From a virus, in IMG/VR virus record IMGVR_UViG_3300050016_000310: a stretch of 53,108 nt of DNA; one strand, given 5' to 3'. Shown here piece after piece: positions 24,180-34,340 of the stretch (the stretch's first letter is position 1; the number at the start of each line of letters is the position of its first letter). The notes beneath the pieces are model-generated. The model ran no database searches. It saw only the letters and a program-made list of their open reading frames with translations, and was not told the origin of the DNA. The translations under genes and the position numbers were made by a program.

Positions 24180-26882
24180 ATGGCGGACATCCCGAGCGAC
24201 AACACTACCGCACAGAAAGCCCTCCTGTCGAACATGCAGGAAGCCAAGAAAATGGCCGATACCTTCTCTCGTGCCGCCAGTCAGGCGACGGGAGAAGCCT
24301 CTCGCCAGATCGGGACAATCTCAGAAGTTTATACAGCCATCGCTAAGGGCTCAAAAGACGCGCTAGAGAGTCAGAAAAAGCTGGAAGAGATCGAGAAACG
24401 CCGGAAGAAGGCATTCGATGAGCTGAAAGATGCGGAAAAAACGAAGGACAAAACAGCAGTCAAGAAGCATGCGGACCGCCTGAAAGAAATCCAAACCGAG
24501 TACCAGGGCGAACTCACTCTCCTCAAGCTGAACGAACGGCAAATCGATTCCCAGAAAAAATTCATCAAAGAGATCTCCAATACCCAAGGGGTGTTGGGGA
24601 AATTCTTTGACTCAGGGATTGCAAGGGCCGGAGCCTACCTTCTCTCCACTGAACGGATTATTAAGGGGATACAAGGCGTGGGTCGAGCTTACCAGGATGT
24701 GGTGGATATTTCTCTTACTACGGGATCCTTCAAAGGGTTGAGCGGGGATTCTTGGAAAGATGCAGGGGAATTGACCAAAGCCATGATTGGCTATGGCGCG
24801 AGCCTGTCGTTAGCCACCTATTCATTGGGAAACATCGGAGTTTCCAGCGACGAGACCGCAGCCGCCTTCAAGCGGTTGTCCATCATCACGGGGGGGGCCA
24901 GTGGTGCGACTGAAGACCTGACGGTTGCTACTGGATACCTGGCCCGGAATCTCCAAGTCAGTTTAGGCGATGCCACCGAGTACGTGATCGAGTCCCAAGA
25001 GAAATTTGGACGCACAGGCGCCCAATCCGCCCGAGTCCTTCAGAGTATTGCGCAGGCGTCAGCCAACACAAATAAGACTTGGGATGCCAGCATCATCCGA
25101 GGCCGGGACGTGGCCAAAGTTCTGTTCGACATCACCCGGGAGTCCATGTCGGGGGCGCAAGAACAAGACGTCCTGGCAGGAATGATTACGAAGAATATGG
25201 CGGCCCTTCAAGCTCAAGGATTTAGCTACCAGCAGTCTTTGAAAGCCTCCACGACCTACATTAAGAAATTGACCACCGACGCGCCTGAGTGGTCCCGCAT
25301 CCTTGCAGGGAAAGAACTTTACAAAACCATTTCCGATGCCAGCAAAAATGGGAACATCGGAGACAACCTCAAAGCTCAATTGGAACGGGCCAAGCCCGGT
25401 TTGACCGCCCAAGTTCAGGCAATTATGGGTGACAAGAGCACGAACCCCTACTCTAAACAGAGGGATGTACAGGCCCTCCTCCAGGATACCGGAGTGGGGC
25501 TCAATGCAATGTCTGACCAGCTCGCGGAAGTCATCAAGAAGAGTGGCGGGAATGCGGAAGTGGCCATCATGCATCTCTACGGTATCACTGACCCCCTAGA
25601 AGCTAGGGCTATGGTCAAGCAGAACAATCTGGAACAAAAAGCTAAGGCGGTGGCTGAAGAATTTAAAGGCATGACGGATGCGGCTTTAGCTAAAATGTCT
25701 GACCCAGAATTGATGAAGAAATTCGGAATGCACAAAGATCAGCTACAGTTTTTTAAAGATGAGAGCAACCACCAAGACGCCATGCTTGCAATCCAGGAAG
25801 CGATTACGGAAGAAGAGGGGAAACAATTTAAGACCGGCGTCAAGGCTCGGGAAGAGGATCGTCTAGCTCGTGTAAAGAAGCTTGAAGAAAAAATAGCAGA
25901 CGTTACCATCGATGCTGGCTCAAAAAAGAAGTATCAAGAGCAGTTGGCCAACGCTCAAAACGAACCAGCCCAAGTTGAGAAAATAAAGGAAGAAGAACAG
26001 AGCAAGAGTGAGGCGGCAACCTTTCTAACGAGCGCGGGAGGGCTCAAGGGCTCCTTCCAATTCGCCAATACCGCCTTGGGCGCCATCGCGCTCGGTGTGG
26101 GGTCTTTGGTGGCCCTCCAATTAGCGGGGGGAGGGCAGGGAGCCAAAGGCATAGCGGGATCGGTCCTGGATGTAATTAAAAATAAAGCGGCGAAGGGGCT
26201 GTTGGGAGATCTGCTCGGAGGGGCTGAGGGTGCGGTGGCCAGTACAGCGGGCACGGGCGCTGTAGTTACTGAGGGGGCAATGGCTACCGCGACGGGCGCG
26301 ACGGCTGCTGTGGGAGAAGCCGCCGCAGCCGGTGTAGCTACGGTGGGAGAAGCCGCCGCAGCCGGTACTGCCACCACCGCCGTTGCCGGTGCTACTGCGA
26401 TAGCAGCCGCGTCCGCAGCCATCGCAGTAGTCGCCGGGGCAGCTCTTGGATACCTGGCAGTGAAGGGGGCAGATAAAGTGACCGGAGGCGGGTATTCAAG
26501 GGTCGTCGGAGCCCCTGGAGCTTGGCTTGCGAGTAAGATAGGCCCTTCAGACGCTGAAGCCATGGCTCAAGGCGAGGCAAACTTCAAAGCCCATCGCCAG
26601 GCTCAACTACTCCTCCAAGGGGGAAATCCCGCCGACATCTACAACAGCAACCCCGGAGTCAAGGGCACCCCCTCCTCCAGTGCGGGCGCCTATCCGGCCT
26701 CGGCCGCTGGAGTAGCCCTCCCGGGAGACACCTCCGCTTCCACGGAGGGTATGGGCAAACTCAACCTAACGACCAAACAACACTCCCAAGGGGCCACGTT
26801 GTACGCCAGTGTGGAGCTTGGCCCCCAACATTCCCATATCGCCAGGTTGGGTGCCCGCTATGGCGCCGGATCCCCTGCCTAA
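24180..26882 (+). CDS. Tape-measure-like tail protein, 900 aa
   Basis: Long Ala/Lys-rich helical coiled coil with hydrophobic Ala/Gly segments near the C-terminus; downstream of a frameshifted chaperone. Confidence 0.65.
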   Translation: MADIPSDNTTAQKALLSNMQEAKKMADTFSRAASQATGEASRQIGTISEVYTAIAKGSKDALESQKKLEEIEKRRKKAFDELKDAEKTKDKTAVKKHADRLKEIQTEYQGELTLLKLNERQIDSQKKFIKEISNTQGVLGKFFDSGIARAGAYLLSTERIIKGIQGVGRAYQDVVDISLTTGSFKGLSGDSWKDAGELTKAMIGYGASLSLATYSLGNIGVSSDETAAAFKRLSIITGGASGATEDLTVATGYLARNLQVSLGDATEYVIESQEKFGRTGAQSARVLQSIAQASANTNKTWDASIIRGRDVAKVLFDITRESMSGAQEQDVLAGMITKNMAALQAQGFSYQQSLKASTTYIKKLTTDAPEWSRILAGKELYKTISDASKNGNIGDNLKAQLERAKPGLTAQVQAIMGDKSTNPYSKQRDVQALLQDTGVGLNAMSDQLAEVIKKSGGNAEVAIMHLYGITDPLEARAMVKQNNLEQKAKAVAEEFKGMTDAALAKMSDPELMKKFGMHKDQLQFFKDESNHQDAMLAIQEAITEEEGKQFKTGVKAREEDRLARVKKLEEKIADVTIDAGSKKKYQEQLANAQNEPAQVEKIKEEEQSKSEAATFLTSAGGLKGSFQFANTALGAIALGVGSLVALQLAGGGQGAKGIAGSVLDVIKNKAAKGLLGDLLGGAEGAVASTAGTGAVVTEGAMATATGATAAVGEAAAAGVATVGEAAAAGTATTAVAGATAIAAASAAIAVVAGAALGYLAVKGADKVTGGGYSRVVGAPGAWLASKIGPSDAEAMAQGEANFKAHRQAQLLLQGGNPADIYNSNPGVKGTPSSSAGAYPASAAGVALPGDTSASTEGMGKLNLTTKQHSQGATLYASVELGPQHSHIARLGARYGAGSPA

Positions 26883-26950
26883 AAAGACAGGTTATTATCT
26901 TGTTAGAAAAAGTTTTTGCCAAAAAACTTGCCTCCGAAGGAGACACGGAA

Positions 26951-27727
26951 ATGAATTTCGATCGCGTTCTTACCAAAGTCACAGCGGGTCTTTCAACCGG
27001 TATTCGCGGCGACATCTCGATCGCAGACTTCCAGAGGCTCGATGAAATCTCCGCGCATCTCTTGCTGGAGTACGAACCTCGCCAGGGCAAGCCGACCGGC
27101 ACCCAGGTGGAGCAATACTTCCGCAAGACTTTCGAGGGAGCGCTGAAGCCCGTGATGGCTTCCTGCTCGATCAAGGCCCAGACGATCTCGATCGTCGCGA
27201 AGCTGGACATCCCGGTCCGTGCCTTCGAAGACAGCGCCGACAAGACCAAGATGACCCCCATCCTGGCGGGCAAGATGTACCTCGACAACGAGCTTCGCGA
27301 CAACTGGGAAGTCATGGATCTCCATGGCAAGAAAGTTCTCGCCAAGAATTCGGGCGACAACATCGAGAAGATCATCGCGCATCGCCGCAACCGCATGTTC
27401 GTGACCGAGACCCCCAAGGTCAGCCTCGCTTCGCTCTCGTCCGTCACCGACTTCCTCGGCAAAGGTGACACCGTGCGAGCGTATCGCAACGGTGAGATGG
27501 AGATGCTGGAAATTACGTCCGCGATCAAGGGCGGGTTCCGGGTCAAGACGCTGACGAAGGAAGCCAAGGAATCGGTCATCGCCAAGGAATCGGTCCTTGA
27601 CCTCCAGGCGCAGGCCGCCGATAAGGCCCCGAATGAAGCGGCGAAGCTCGCCAAGTACTACGCGGAAGCGTTCGGGAACAAGCAATACGCTGCTGAGATG
27701 GTCAAGAACAAACCGGCGGCCAAGTAA
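26951..27727 (+). CDS. Putative virion structural protein
   Basis: AAGGAG SD, strong high-expression codon bias like the MCP gene, TTATTA motif at 26892. Confidence 0.6.
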   Translation: MNFDRVLTKVTAGLSTGIRGDISIADFQRLDEISAHLLLEYEPRQGKPTGTQVEQYFRKTFEGALKPVMASCSIKAQTISIVAKLDIPVRAFEDSADKTKMTPILAGKMYLDNELRDNWEVMDLHGKKVLAKNSGDNIEKIIAHRRNRMFVTETPKVSLASLSSVTDFLGKGDTVRAYRNGEMEMLEITSAIKGGFRVKTLTKEAKESVIAKESVLDLQAQAADKAPNEAAKLAKYYAEAFGNKQYAAEMVKNKPAAK

Positions 27728-27738
27728 GTCTCTCTTTT

Positions 27739-28362
27739 GTGAAAAACCCCCCTTCGGAGACCGCCCGCAAGAATGCACGAGCACGCACTAAAGCGTGGCG
27801 ACTTGCGAACCCGGAGCGATACCTTGCGGCACAGCAAGCCTATAGACGTGCGAACCCGGAAAAGGTGCGTGCAAGCACCGTAGCCTGGCATCAAGCCCAT
27901 CCTGAAAGGGTGAGGACGAACCAACGCGCCTGGAAGAAAAGAAATCCCCGCTACGCTACCGAGAAATACCAAACGGACATCAAGACCCGTCTAGCAAGTA
28001 CCCTGCGCACCCGGATCCGGGATGTCCTCCGAGGGCGAGCCAAGACAGGTTCGGCCGTTAGGGATCTCGGATGCTCCATGCAGGAACTCCAGGCGCACCT
28101 GGAGAAGCAATTCTACCCCCGTCAGACAGGTGAGGCGATGACCTGGGAGAACTGGGGTGTTTCAGGTTGGCACGTGGACCACATCCGGCCACTCATTACG
28201 TTTGACCTGACCGATTCACTCCAATTTAAAGAGGCTGTTCATTTCAGCAACTTGAGACCTCTTTGGTCCGAGCACAACCTCACCAAAAATCGTAAGACAG
28301 ATTCGGAATGGGCCGGTTACAATCAGATGCAAGCACAGAGAGGAATCTCCTGTGAAAGTTGA
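27739..28362 (+). CDS. HNH homing endonuclease
   Basis: N-terminal (W/Y)R.ANPE repeats; LGCS..EL..HLEKQF...MTWENWG..GWHVDHIRP...HFSNLRPLW..HN..K. Confidence 0.85.
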   Translation: MKNPPSETARKNARARTKAWRLANPERYLAAQQAYRRANPEKVRASTVAWHQAHPERVRTNQRAWKKRNPRYATEKYQTDIKTRLASTLRTRIRDVLRGRAKTGSAVRDLGCSMQELQAHLEKQFYPRQTGEAMTWENWGVSGWHVDHIRPLITFDLTDSLQFKEAVHFSNLRPLWSEHNLTKNRKTDSEWAGYNQMQAQRGISCES

Positions 28363-28567
28363 AGCGCGTCTTGTCCAACAGGTCAACCCCAAGACCCATC
28401 AGAAAGAGTACGCTCTCGTGTCCAAAAAGAGTGGACGCGTGCTCAAGTGGTTCGGCGCCGCGAAGCCCTCTGATGAGGTGGTGAAGAAAGAGGAACGCCG
28501 GGTTCATTTCTGGGAAAGTCGTTCCGCACTCTACCCCGCGCTCTCCAGTTTCATGCTCCGCGACTAG
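28352..28567 (+). CDS. Small hypothetical protein
   Basis: YALVSKKSGRVL.WFG......KEERRVHFW; C-terminal YPALSSF motif. Confidence 0.65.
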   Translation: MKVEARLVQQVNPKTHQKEYALVSKKSGRVLKWFGAAKPSDEVVKKEERRVHFWESRSALYPALSSFMLRD

Positions 28568-28605
28568 CCTGCAATCTCCCGCAAAGCCTGCATTATTTCA
28601 AGAGA

Positions 28606-29397
28606 GTGAACGCCACCTCTTACCCTTCCCTCTCTCGCATCCTCGCGCATAATGCCCCAGTGCGGATCGAAGAGCAAGACTTCACGCCCGAGCTGGCTGC
28701 AAAGCTGAAGGATCTCCGCATCGCGGCGCAGAGCCCCGATGGAGCCATCTCCTGCTTTTCCAAATGGCTGGCGGAGCCCGAATCTGATTACGCTCCTGGG
28801 GCTGTGGAAGTGGCCTACCAGGGCGACGTTCCAATCGGTTGGTCTGGGCTAGGAAAAACCCGGGGCCGCTACTCCACTCCTATCATCGGAGTCTTTGTTC
28901 TCGATTCCCTTCGCGGTCAGGGCCTGGGTGAACGACTAATCCAATCCGCCCTCCGTTCTTATAAAAAAAGTTTTGATCCCGAGCTGGACGACCCGTCGAT
29001 TATCTACGACTCCGCCAGTTGGCCGAAGCTCCGCGCCATGATTGAGGCCGAAGGCTTCCAGCCGAGGGGTTCCGACGATGATTATAATTATCCGCTGGTC
29101 GCCGCCGTCCTGGCAGATGCACCCTTGCCGGAACTCACCGATCCTGAATTCTGGAAACGAAACTTCGAGCGCACGCAGGACCGGCCCGGCAAGCGCCTGG
29201 GCGTTGAGCTGCGGCACTATCTGGAGTTCCATCACAAGGAGCACCCGAAGGGTAGCTACGTGACGGACCAGGATCTTTCCAACATGCTCAAGATGAGCGA
29301 TCGGGAGTTCTCCCGGATGGGGCTCGCCGTCCAATACCTTATCGCAAGAAAAGCCCTCCAGAAGGGCAAAACTCCCAACCGCTACCGGGTGATCTAA
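28606..29397 (+). CDS. GNAT acetyltransferase domain plus C-terminal domain
   Basis: IGVFVLDSLRGQGLGERLIQSAL (acetyl-CoA-binding motif A). Confidence 0.8.
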   Translation: MNATSYPSLSRILAHNAPVRIEEQDFTPELAAKLKDLRIAAQSPDGAISCFSKWLAEPESDYAPGAVEVAYQGDVPIGWSGLGKTRGRYSTPIIGVFVLDSLRGQGLGERLIQSALRSYKKSFDPELDDPSIIYDSASWPKLRAMIEAEGFQPRGSDDDYNYPLVAAVLADAPLPELTDPEFWKRNFERTQDRPGKRLGVELRHYLEFHHKEHPKGSYVTDQDLSNMLKMSDREFSRMGLAVQYLIARKALQKGKTPNRYRVI

Positions 29398-29699
29398 TGC
29401 GCTATGGAAAGCTCACGCACCTCGCAACTGAAGAATCCGTTGAGGGCTACTATATCAACGCGCCCACAACCGGGCAGCCCTTCACGCTCCACGGGAATCC
29501 TGAAGTCCTGGACCGAATCACCGGGACAGTCCAGGCCGTCGTCCGGATTCCCGACCGGATCGAAGCAGCGCCGATTCAGCTGGCCCGCGTGAAGCTCCCG
29601 CCGAGTGCGAAGGCGGGGGACCTCGTGCTGCTCACCCCGCAGGGGCATTACCTGCTCCAGACTTACCGGCCTCCCGTGGATCCTCGGGGCGTGGCTTAG
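29397..29699 (+). CDS. Hypothetical protein
   Basis: TAATG coupling with the GNAT gene. Confidence 0.6.
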   Translation: MRYGKLTHLATEESVEGYYINAPTTGQPFTLHGNPEVLDRITGTVQAVVRIPDRIEAAPIQLARVKLPPSAKAGDLVLLTPQGHYLLQTYRPPVDPRGVA

Positions 29700-31473
29700 G
29701 GATTATAAACCCAGCGGATCTTGCCGCAGTCGTAAATCCGGAACCAGCCCTGTTCCAGACGCAGGATATGCTCTGCCCTTTTTGACAGCTTTTCCATTTT
29801 CGTTTTTCTCATGGATTGCTTCGACTTCCTTTGGAAAAGGTGACCCGGTTGACAGTAGAAATATTCCGGTCTGAGCTTCTGAGCAAATTTAAATCCTAAT
29901 TTTTGATAGATTTTTCCTGTGGAGTATCTGTTATCAGACCAGCTCCAGATGGGTTTCTTGGGGAGGCGCTTTAGACTGTTCTTCCACAACTTCTCAGAGC
30001 CTCCCACGATGTCATATTTCCCAAAGCAAAGTCTGCTCAAAATCTGAATCCCGTCATGCCCTGGCCGATGATGCGGCCCGAAACAGATCACCCCAACTAG
30101 TTCTGACCTTTGAAAGAGTCCAAAGGAGTAGGTGGTCTGAAGCGGGGTTGCCCCCTGAAGATGGTAGGTTCTCGTAAAATCCCGAGCTGCCCCTAGATCT
30201 ATAGGTTTAAAAACAGTGTCCCGGGCAAATATTTTCTGTCGCTTCAAGACGCGGGCTAAAACGATCTCTTTTTTCAATTCCCATTCATCTTCAAAAATGG
30301 TGAAAAGTTTTAATTCTGGCGCATGTTTCGCCAACACCTGCATCTTGTAGCTATGGTGGCGGATTAATTTATTGTACTCTTTGCCGTCTAGGCAGCTTTT
30401 AAAGGTCAGGTCCGGATCCAGGATGGCCTCAGAATGGTAGCGCAATCCGCAGTATTCCAATGCGAACCCTCCCGCACGGGTAACGATATCGAATTCCACC
30501 CCTTCTATTTTTTCTTTTTGCGCATCCGGATAAAGTTCCTGAATCTCCCTTAAAATTTCCAGTTCGGCGACACTGGCTTGAGGATGACAGTCTGTGCATC
30601 GGTATTGGCGCACCTTAAAGACTGAGGGCTGCACCCTTTTAAAATGCCCCTTCTCACATTTCAACACGACCAGAACTTTACCCCCCTGCTTTTCAAGCCC
30701 TTCCACAGAATAGCCCTTAGCCGCATAGAGGGGGTCTGCCTGGACTTCTTCCAACGTCCATTGCGGGGTCCCAAAACAAGTGGGGCACCGCACCTGGGAG
30801 TCCTTCCAGTGATTCCAATGCACTTGGAATGTATGCCCTTGGGGACAGAGGGCCTTCATTTTAGTTAAGACTCCAGTGAATTTCTTTTCCAGCAATTCGT
30901 AGCCTTCTTTTTTAAAATCAGCGCGAACTTCTTCAATTGTCCGATTTCTTTTCTGTGGTGTGGGGCCCCGTGCGGACCTGTAACCCTTCCGCCAAGAAAT
31001 AGCATCGATCAAGTGGAGCTGCCCTTCTGGGTCCCGGAGCTTAAGCTTCCGGGTACTGCCCTTGTACTGGGTCGTTTCTAACTTCCACCCTTCCGTCTCG
31101 ATCTCGGATTTAATTTCTTTGAAAAATTCCTCAGAATCTTTGCCAGCGCAGGCGCCACACTCGACCCCCTTGGCAAATCTCCAATTGGCCACCTCGTAGC
31201 CGTGGCCCCTTGGACACAAAACCCGAAGCCGAATCTCCTGCTCCGCCCTGAAGGCCCCTTCCACCCTGTATCCCTTGGCGAGCTGGGCTTGGATCCGAGG
31301 ATCCATCAAAAGGGACTCCAAGTTCACGGGCGCAAACTTTAAACATTCTTGGCACTTTTGCGGCGGATTAGAACTGAACTTTCCTCGGGGCATTTTGCGG
31401 ACACCCTCTGTGCCAACGAAGCCTGCAACACCCTGCCCCGTGTAAATTAGTGTAGGGCGAGTATGAGTAAGGC

Positions 31474-31986
31474 ATGTTCGAAAATAAAAAATATGATTCT
31501 ACAGTCCGAGTTGAAAACGGCAGCGTCAGTGAGTCCCAGGCCAATGCTCAGAGCAGTGCTCTGGGTGGAACCGAGCCCCCGAATCCCGAGGTTAAGCCTA
31601 AGATTAAGCGCAAGCATCTGACGGCTGAATACAAGCTGAGGGTTTTATCCGAGGCGGACCGTCTGAGAGGCGATCCTGGGCGAATCGCGGCGCTTCTTCG
31701 TCGCGAAGGCCTGTACGCCTCACACCTGAGCAACTGGAGGCGCCAGCGGTCCGTGGGCGCGTATGCGGCCCTCTCCGCGACGCGTGGTCGGAAGCCCGAG
31801 CATGACGCGAAAGATCTCAAGATCGAGCAGCAGGGCAAAGAGCTGGATAAGCTCAGGACGTGGAAGAAGCACGCGGAGTTGATCATGGACGCTCAAAAAA
31901 AAATTGCTCTCATCCTGGGGAATCCGATCCAGGTGGAGACTCTTCCGAGGCTTCCGAACCTGGATCTGGACGAGGAGAACTCATGA
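31474..31986 (+). CDS. IS3-family OrfA (HTH)
   Basis: KRKHLTAEYKLRVLSEAD...ALLRREGLYASHLSNWR; A9 slippery run at 31895-31903. Confidence 0.9.
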   Translation: MFENKKYDSTVRVENGSVSESQANAQSSALGGTEPPNPEVKPKIKRKHLTAEYKLRVLSEADRLRGDPGRIAALLRREGLYASHLSNWRRQRSVGAYAALSATRGRKPEHDAKDLKIEQQGKELDKLRTWKKHAELIMDAQKKIALILGNPIQVETLPRLPNLDLDEENS

Positions 31987-33032
31987 CTCAGATTGAAACT
32001 TTGCATTCTGAGTTCTTGATATCGCTCTCATGGCTCAGCTCCGCCTTGGGTGTGGACCGCTCCACGATCTATCGCCACCGCTGGAAACGAAACCCCGAGG
32101 AATCCCCGGCGGACTCCGCGATAGTGGGACCTAAGCGCAAACCGTTCCGAAGCCTAAGCGAGGAGGAAGAGAAGCGAGTGCTGGAGGCCTGCCACAGTGC
32201 GCGTTTTGAGGACAAAGCGCCGCCGGAGATCTACGCGACACTCCTCGACGAAGGTATTTATCTGGGTTCCGTGCGCACGATGTACCGGATCTTGGAAAAG
32301 CACCAGGAGGTCCGGGAAAGGCGGGCCATCGTTCGTCACGCGCACTACGCCAAACCCGAACTTCTGGCTACTGCGCCGAATCAGGTATGGTCCTGGGATA
32401 TTACCAAGCTCCTGGGGCCCGTGAAGTGGACCTATTATTACCTGTACGTCCTGCTCGATATCTTCAGCCGATACGTCGTGGGCTGGATGCTGGCGGAGCG
32501 CGAAAGCGGGCTCTTCGCCAAGCACCTGATCGCCGAGGCTTGCGAAAAACAGCAGGTCAAGCCGGAGGGCTTGATTATCCACTCGGACCGCGGATCGCCG
32601 ATGATCTCAAAGCCTGTGGCGCAGCTCATGGGAGACTTGGGGATCACCAGAAGCCTGAACCGCCCTCACGTGAGCAACGACAACCCATACTCCGAGGCGC
32701 AGTTCAAAACGATGAAGTATTGCCCCGCATTTCCCGAACGTTTTGGCTCGCCACAGGACGGACGCGCATTTTGCCGCACGTTCTTCCCGTGGTACAACAC
32801 GGAGCACCGCCATGGCGGGATCGGGTACTATACGCCAGAATCAGTGCATTACGGCAAAGCGCAGGCATTCTTCGAGACCCGCGCTCAAGCTCTCAACGCA
32901 GCCTACGCCATGCATCCTGAACGCTTCGTGAGGAAACCTCCGCGCCCAGCTCAGGTCCCGACAGAGGCCTGGATCAACCCACCCAAGCCAGAAAGCGAGG
33001 ACATGCCTGACGACTATATTCTTGTTGTTTAA
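31983..33032 (+). CDS. IS3-family OrfB DDE transposase (rve domain)
   Basis: PNQVWSWDIT, LDIFSRYVVGW, HSDRGS, SNDNPYSEAQFKTMK, WYN.EHRH. Confidence 0.95.
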   Translation: MTQIETLHSEFLISLSWLSSALGVDRSTIYRHRWKRNPEESPADSAIVGPKRKPFRSLSEEEEKRVLEACHSARFEDKAPPEIYATLLDEGIYLGSVRTMYRILEKHQEVRERRAIVRHAHYAKPELLATAPNQVWSWDITKLLGPVKWTYYYLYVLLDIFSRYVVGWMLAERESGLFAKHLIAEACEKQQVKPEGLIIHSDRGSPMISKPVAQLMGDLGITRSLNRPHVSNDNPYSEAQFKTMKYCPAFPERFGSPQDGRAFCRTFFPWYNTEHRHGGIGYYTPESVHYGKAQAFFETRAQALNAAYAMHPERFVRKPPRPAQVPTEAWINPPKPESEDMPDDYILVV

Positions 33033-33276
33033 ATAATTGCGTTAGGTTGTTGCAGCTCGTTGACAAATTCCGACATGGCCTTCGGAGCAGGTCACCTCCA
33101 GTAAAACTTTCTGCGCAGCAGTTCTTTCCGAAGTCTCTTTGACTCGGAAACCGGCGGCTTGTGCGAGTACCTTAGCTTGTTCGAATTCCATACTAAAATA
33201 GTACATTAATAACCTTCCTAAAACCAGCTTATTTCTCAAGGAGAAGCTTCTGTCTTCTTTGGAGGAATTCCTTCCC

Positions 33277-33798
33277 ATGCCTAACCCCAGCCCATTTGCC
33301 ACCAATGCCTTCGGAGTCCAAAGCGCCTCCCTGGATTATACCGATCCAGGTGCTCTCACTACAATGACTTACCACGGAGCGGCCATCGTAGTTGCTGGGA
33401 ATATTGTCGGGCGCATTAATTCCTGGCAGCCTGAAGGCGCCTACAACCGAGACGGGGAGCACGTTTACGAACTCTCCCGCGTGACGATTGGCAAGCCTGT
33501 CGATTACGTCCCCGGCAAGGCTACTGGCTTCACGGTCAGCTTCGCCCGCACGGAAGTGTGGAACGAGGAATTCGAAATCGCCCTCGGCTACACGAACGTA
33601 TTCGCCGACCTCACCGACCAGACGCGTCCGTTCGTCGTGCAGGAATTCCTCTACCAGGGCCTCAACCCCTACCGCGTCTACCAGTACTCGGGTTGCTGGC
33701 TCAAAACCAAGAATCCGGATGCCTGGACTGCCGATGGAAACTACATCCACAAGATCACCGGCCAGCTCGCTTACGTTTCACGCATCCGCGTGCTATAA
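33277..33798 (+). CDS. Putative tail tube protein
   Basis: About 173 aa with I.V.G..VGRI.SW...YNR....VYEL......DYVPG...F.V...R.E.W and Y.GCW motifs, resembling myovirus tube proteins; GGAGG SD. Confidence 0.7.
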   Translation: MPNPSPFATNAFGVQSASLDYTDPGALTTMTYHGAAIVVAGNIVGRINSWQPEGAYNRDGEHVYELSRVTIGKPVDYVPGKATGFTVSFARTEVWNEEFEIALGYTNVFADLTDQTRPFVVQEFLYQGLNPYRVYQYSGCWLKTKNPDAWTADGNYIHKITGQLAYVSRIRVL

Positions 33799-33826
33799 CC
33801 GAAAGGCAACGGCCGAGGTTCAATGT

Positions 33827-33854
33827 GCCGGGTATCCCTAACGGGGTACCCGGC
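33827..33854. terminator. Hairpin between convergent genes
   Basis: GCCGGGTATCCC-TAAC-GGGGTACCCGGC. Confidence 0.6.
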
Positions 33855-33863
33855 GCGCCAATT

Positions 33864-34340
33864 TCAGGGCTCCTCTATTCCCAAAAACTTATAGAATAGG
33901 GCCCGTTCCTCAATCTTAAAAAAATTGTACGTCGGGATCTTCCACTGCTCAGCCAGCACCAAGGCCGTCCGGGTCCCACCTACCTGCGCACCCCCTGGCG
34001 TCCACGTCACAACGAACTGAGAAGGCAGATCCAGACCCTTACCCAGGATCTGGAAGCAATTGCGGCCGTGGAGCTTGCGCACGTAGGAGTTGCATTTATC
34101 CCAGGCTGGATGGATCCGGCTCGCCATCTCCTCCGCCTCGGGCGTACAATCCCCCGGCCTCCAGATCTCCTTCCGATAGGGATCCAGGACGCCTCGCTCG
34201 AATGCCTTGTCAGAGCCGGGGGCCCCTCCAGATCGAAGAAGATAGTCTCGTTTCTCCAGGATCTTGGCGATCTTCGTGAATCGCGCCTGGATATCGAGGG
34301 GCGCCTCCCGCGATCCAATCCCAGAGTAGATCTTAATCAC
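33864..34340 (-). CDS. SLOG/DprA-like Rossmann-fold protein
   Basis: YSGIGSREAP, LRSGGAPGSDKAFE, LHGRNCFQILG, GGTRTA. Confidence 0.8.
   Translation of the reverse strand: MIKIYSGIGSREAPLDIQARFTKIAKILEKRDYLLRSGGAPGSDKAFERGVLDPYRKEIWRPGDCTPEAEEMASRIHPAWDKCNSYVRKLHGRNCFQILGKGLDLPSQFVVTWTPGGAQVGGTRTALVLAEQWKIPTYNFFKIEERALFYKFLGIEEP

Larger units (their letters stand above)
31404..33071 (+). mobile_element. IS3-family insertion sequence with 4-bp target duplication GACA
   Basis: GACA at 31400-31403 and 33072-33075. Imperfect IRs TGCCAACGAAGCCTGCAACA (31411) and TGTTGCAGCTCGTTGACA (to 33065). Contains orfA and orfB. Confidence 0.9.
29696..33191 (-). pseudogene. Zn-ribbon-repeat homing-endonuclease-like gene (about 607 aa restored) interrupted by the IS3 element
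   Basis: The 5' part 33191-33072 (MEFEQ...VTCSEGHV) rejoins in frame with 31399-29696 (RKMPRGK...CQEC). It has repeated CP.GH...C..C ribbons, a PD-(D/E)XK-like FDI...ALEYCG..YHS motif and a C-terminal GNAT-like region ending IYDCG..RW. Confidence 0.8.

Noticed and set aside
26310-26366. 33-nt-period direct repeat GTGGGAGAAGCCGCCGCAGCCGGT
   Set aside because: It is an in-frame duplication (VGEAAAAG) in the Ala-rich tape-measure region and is ordinary.
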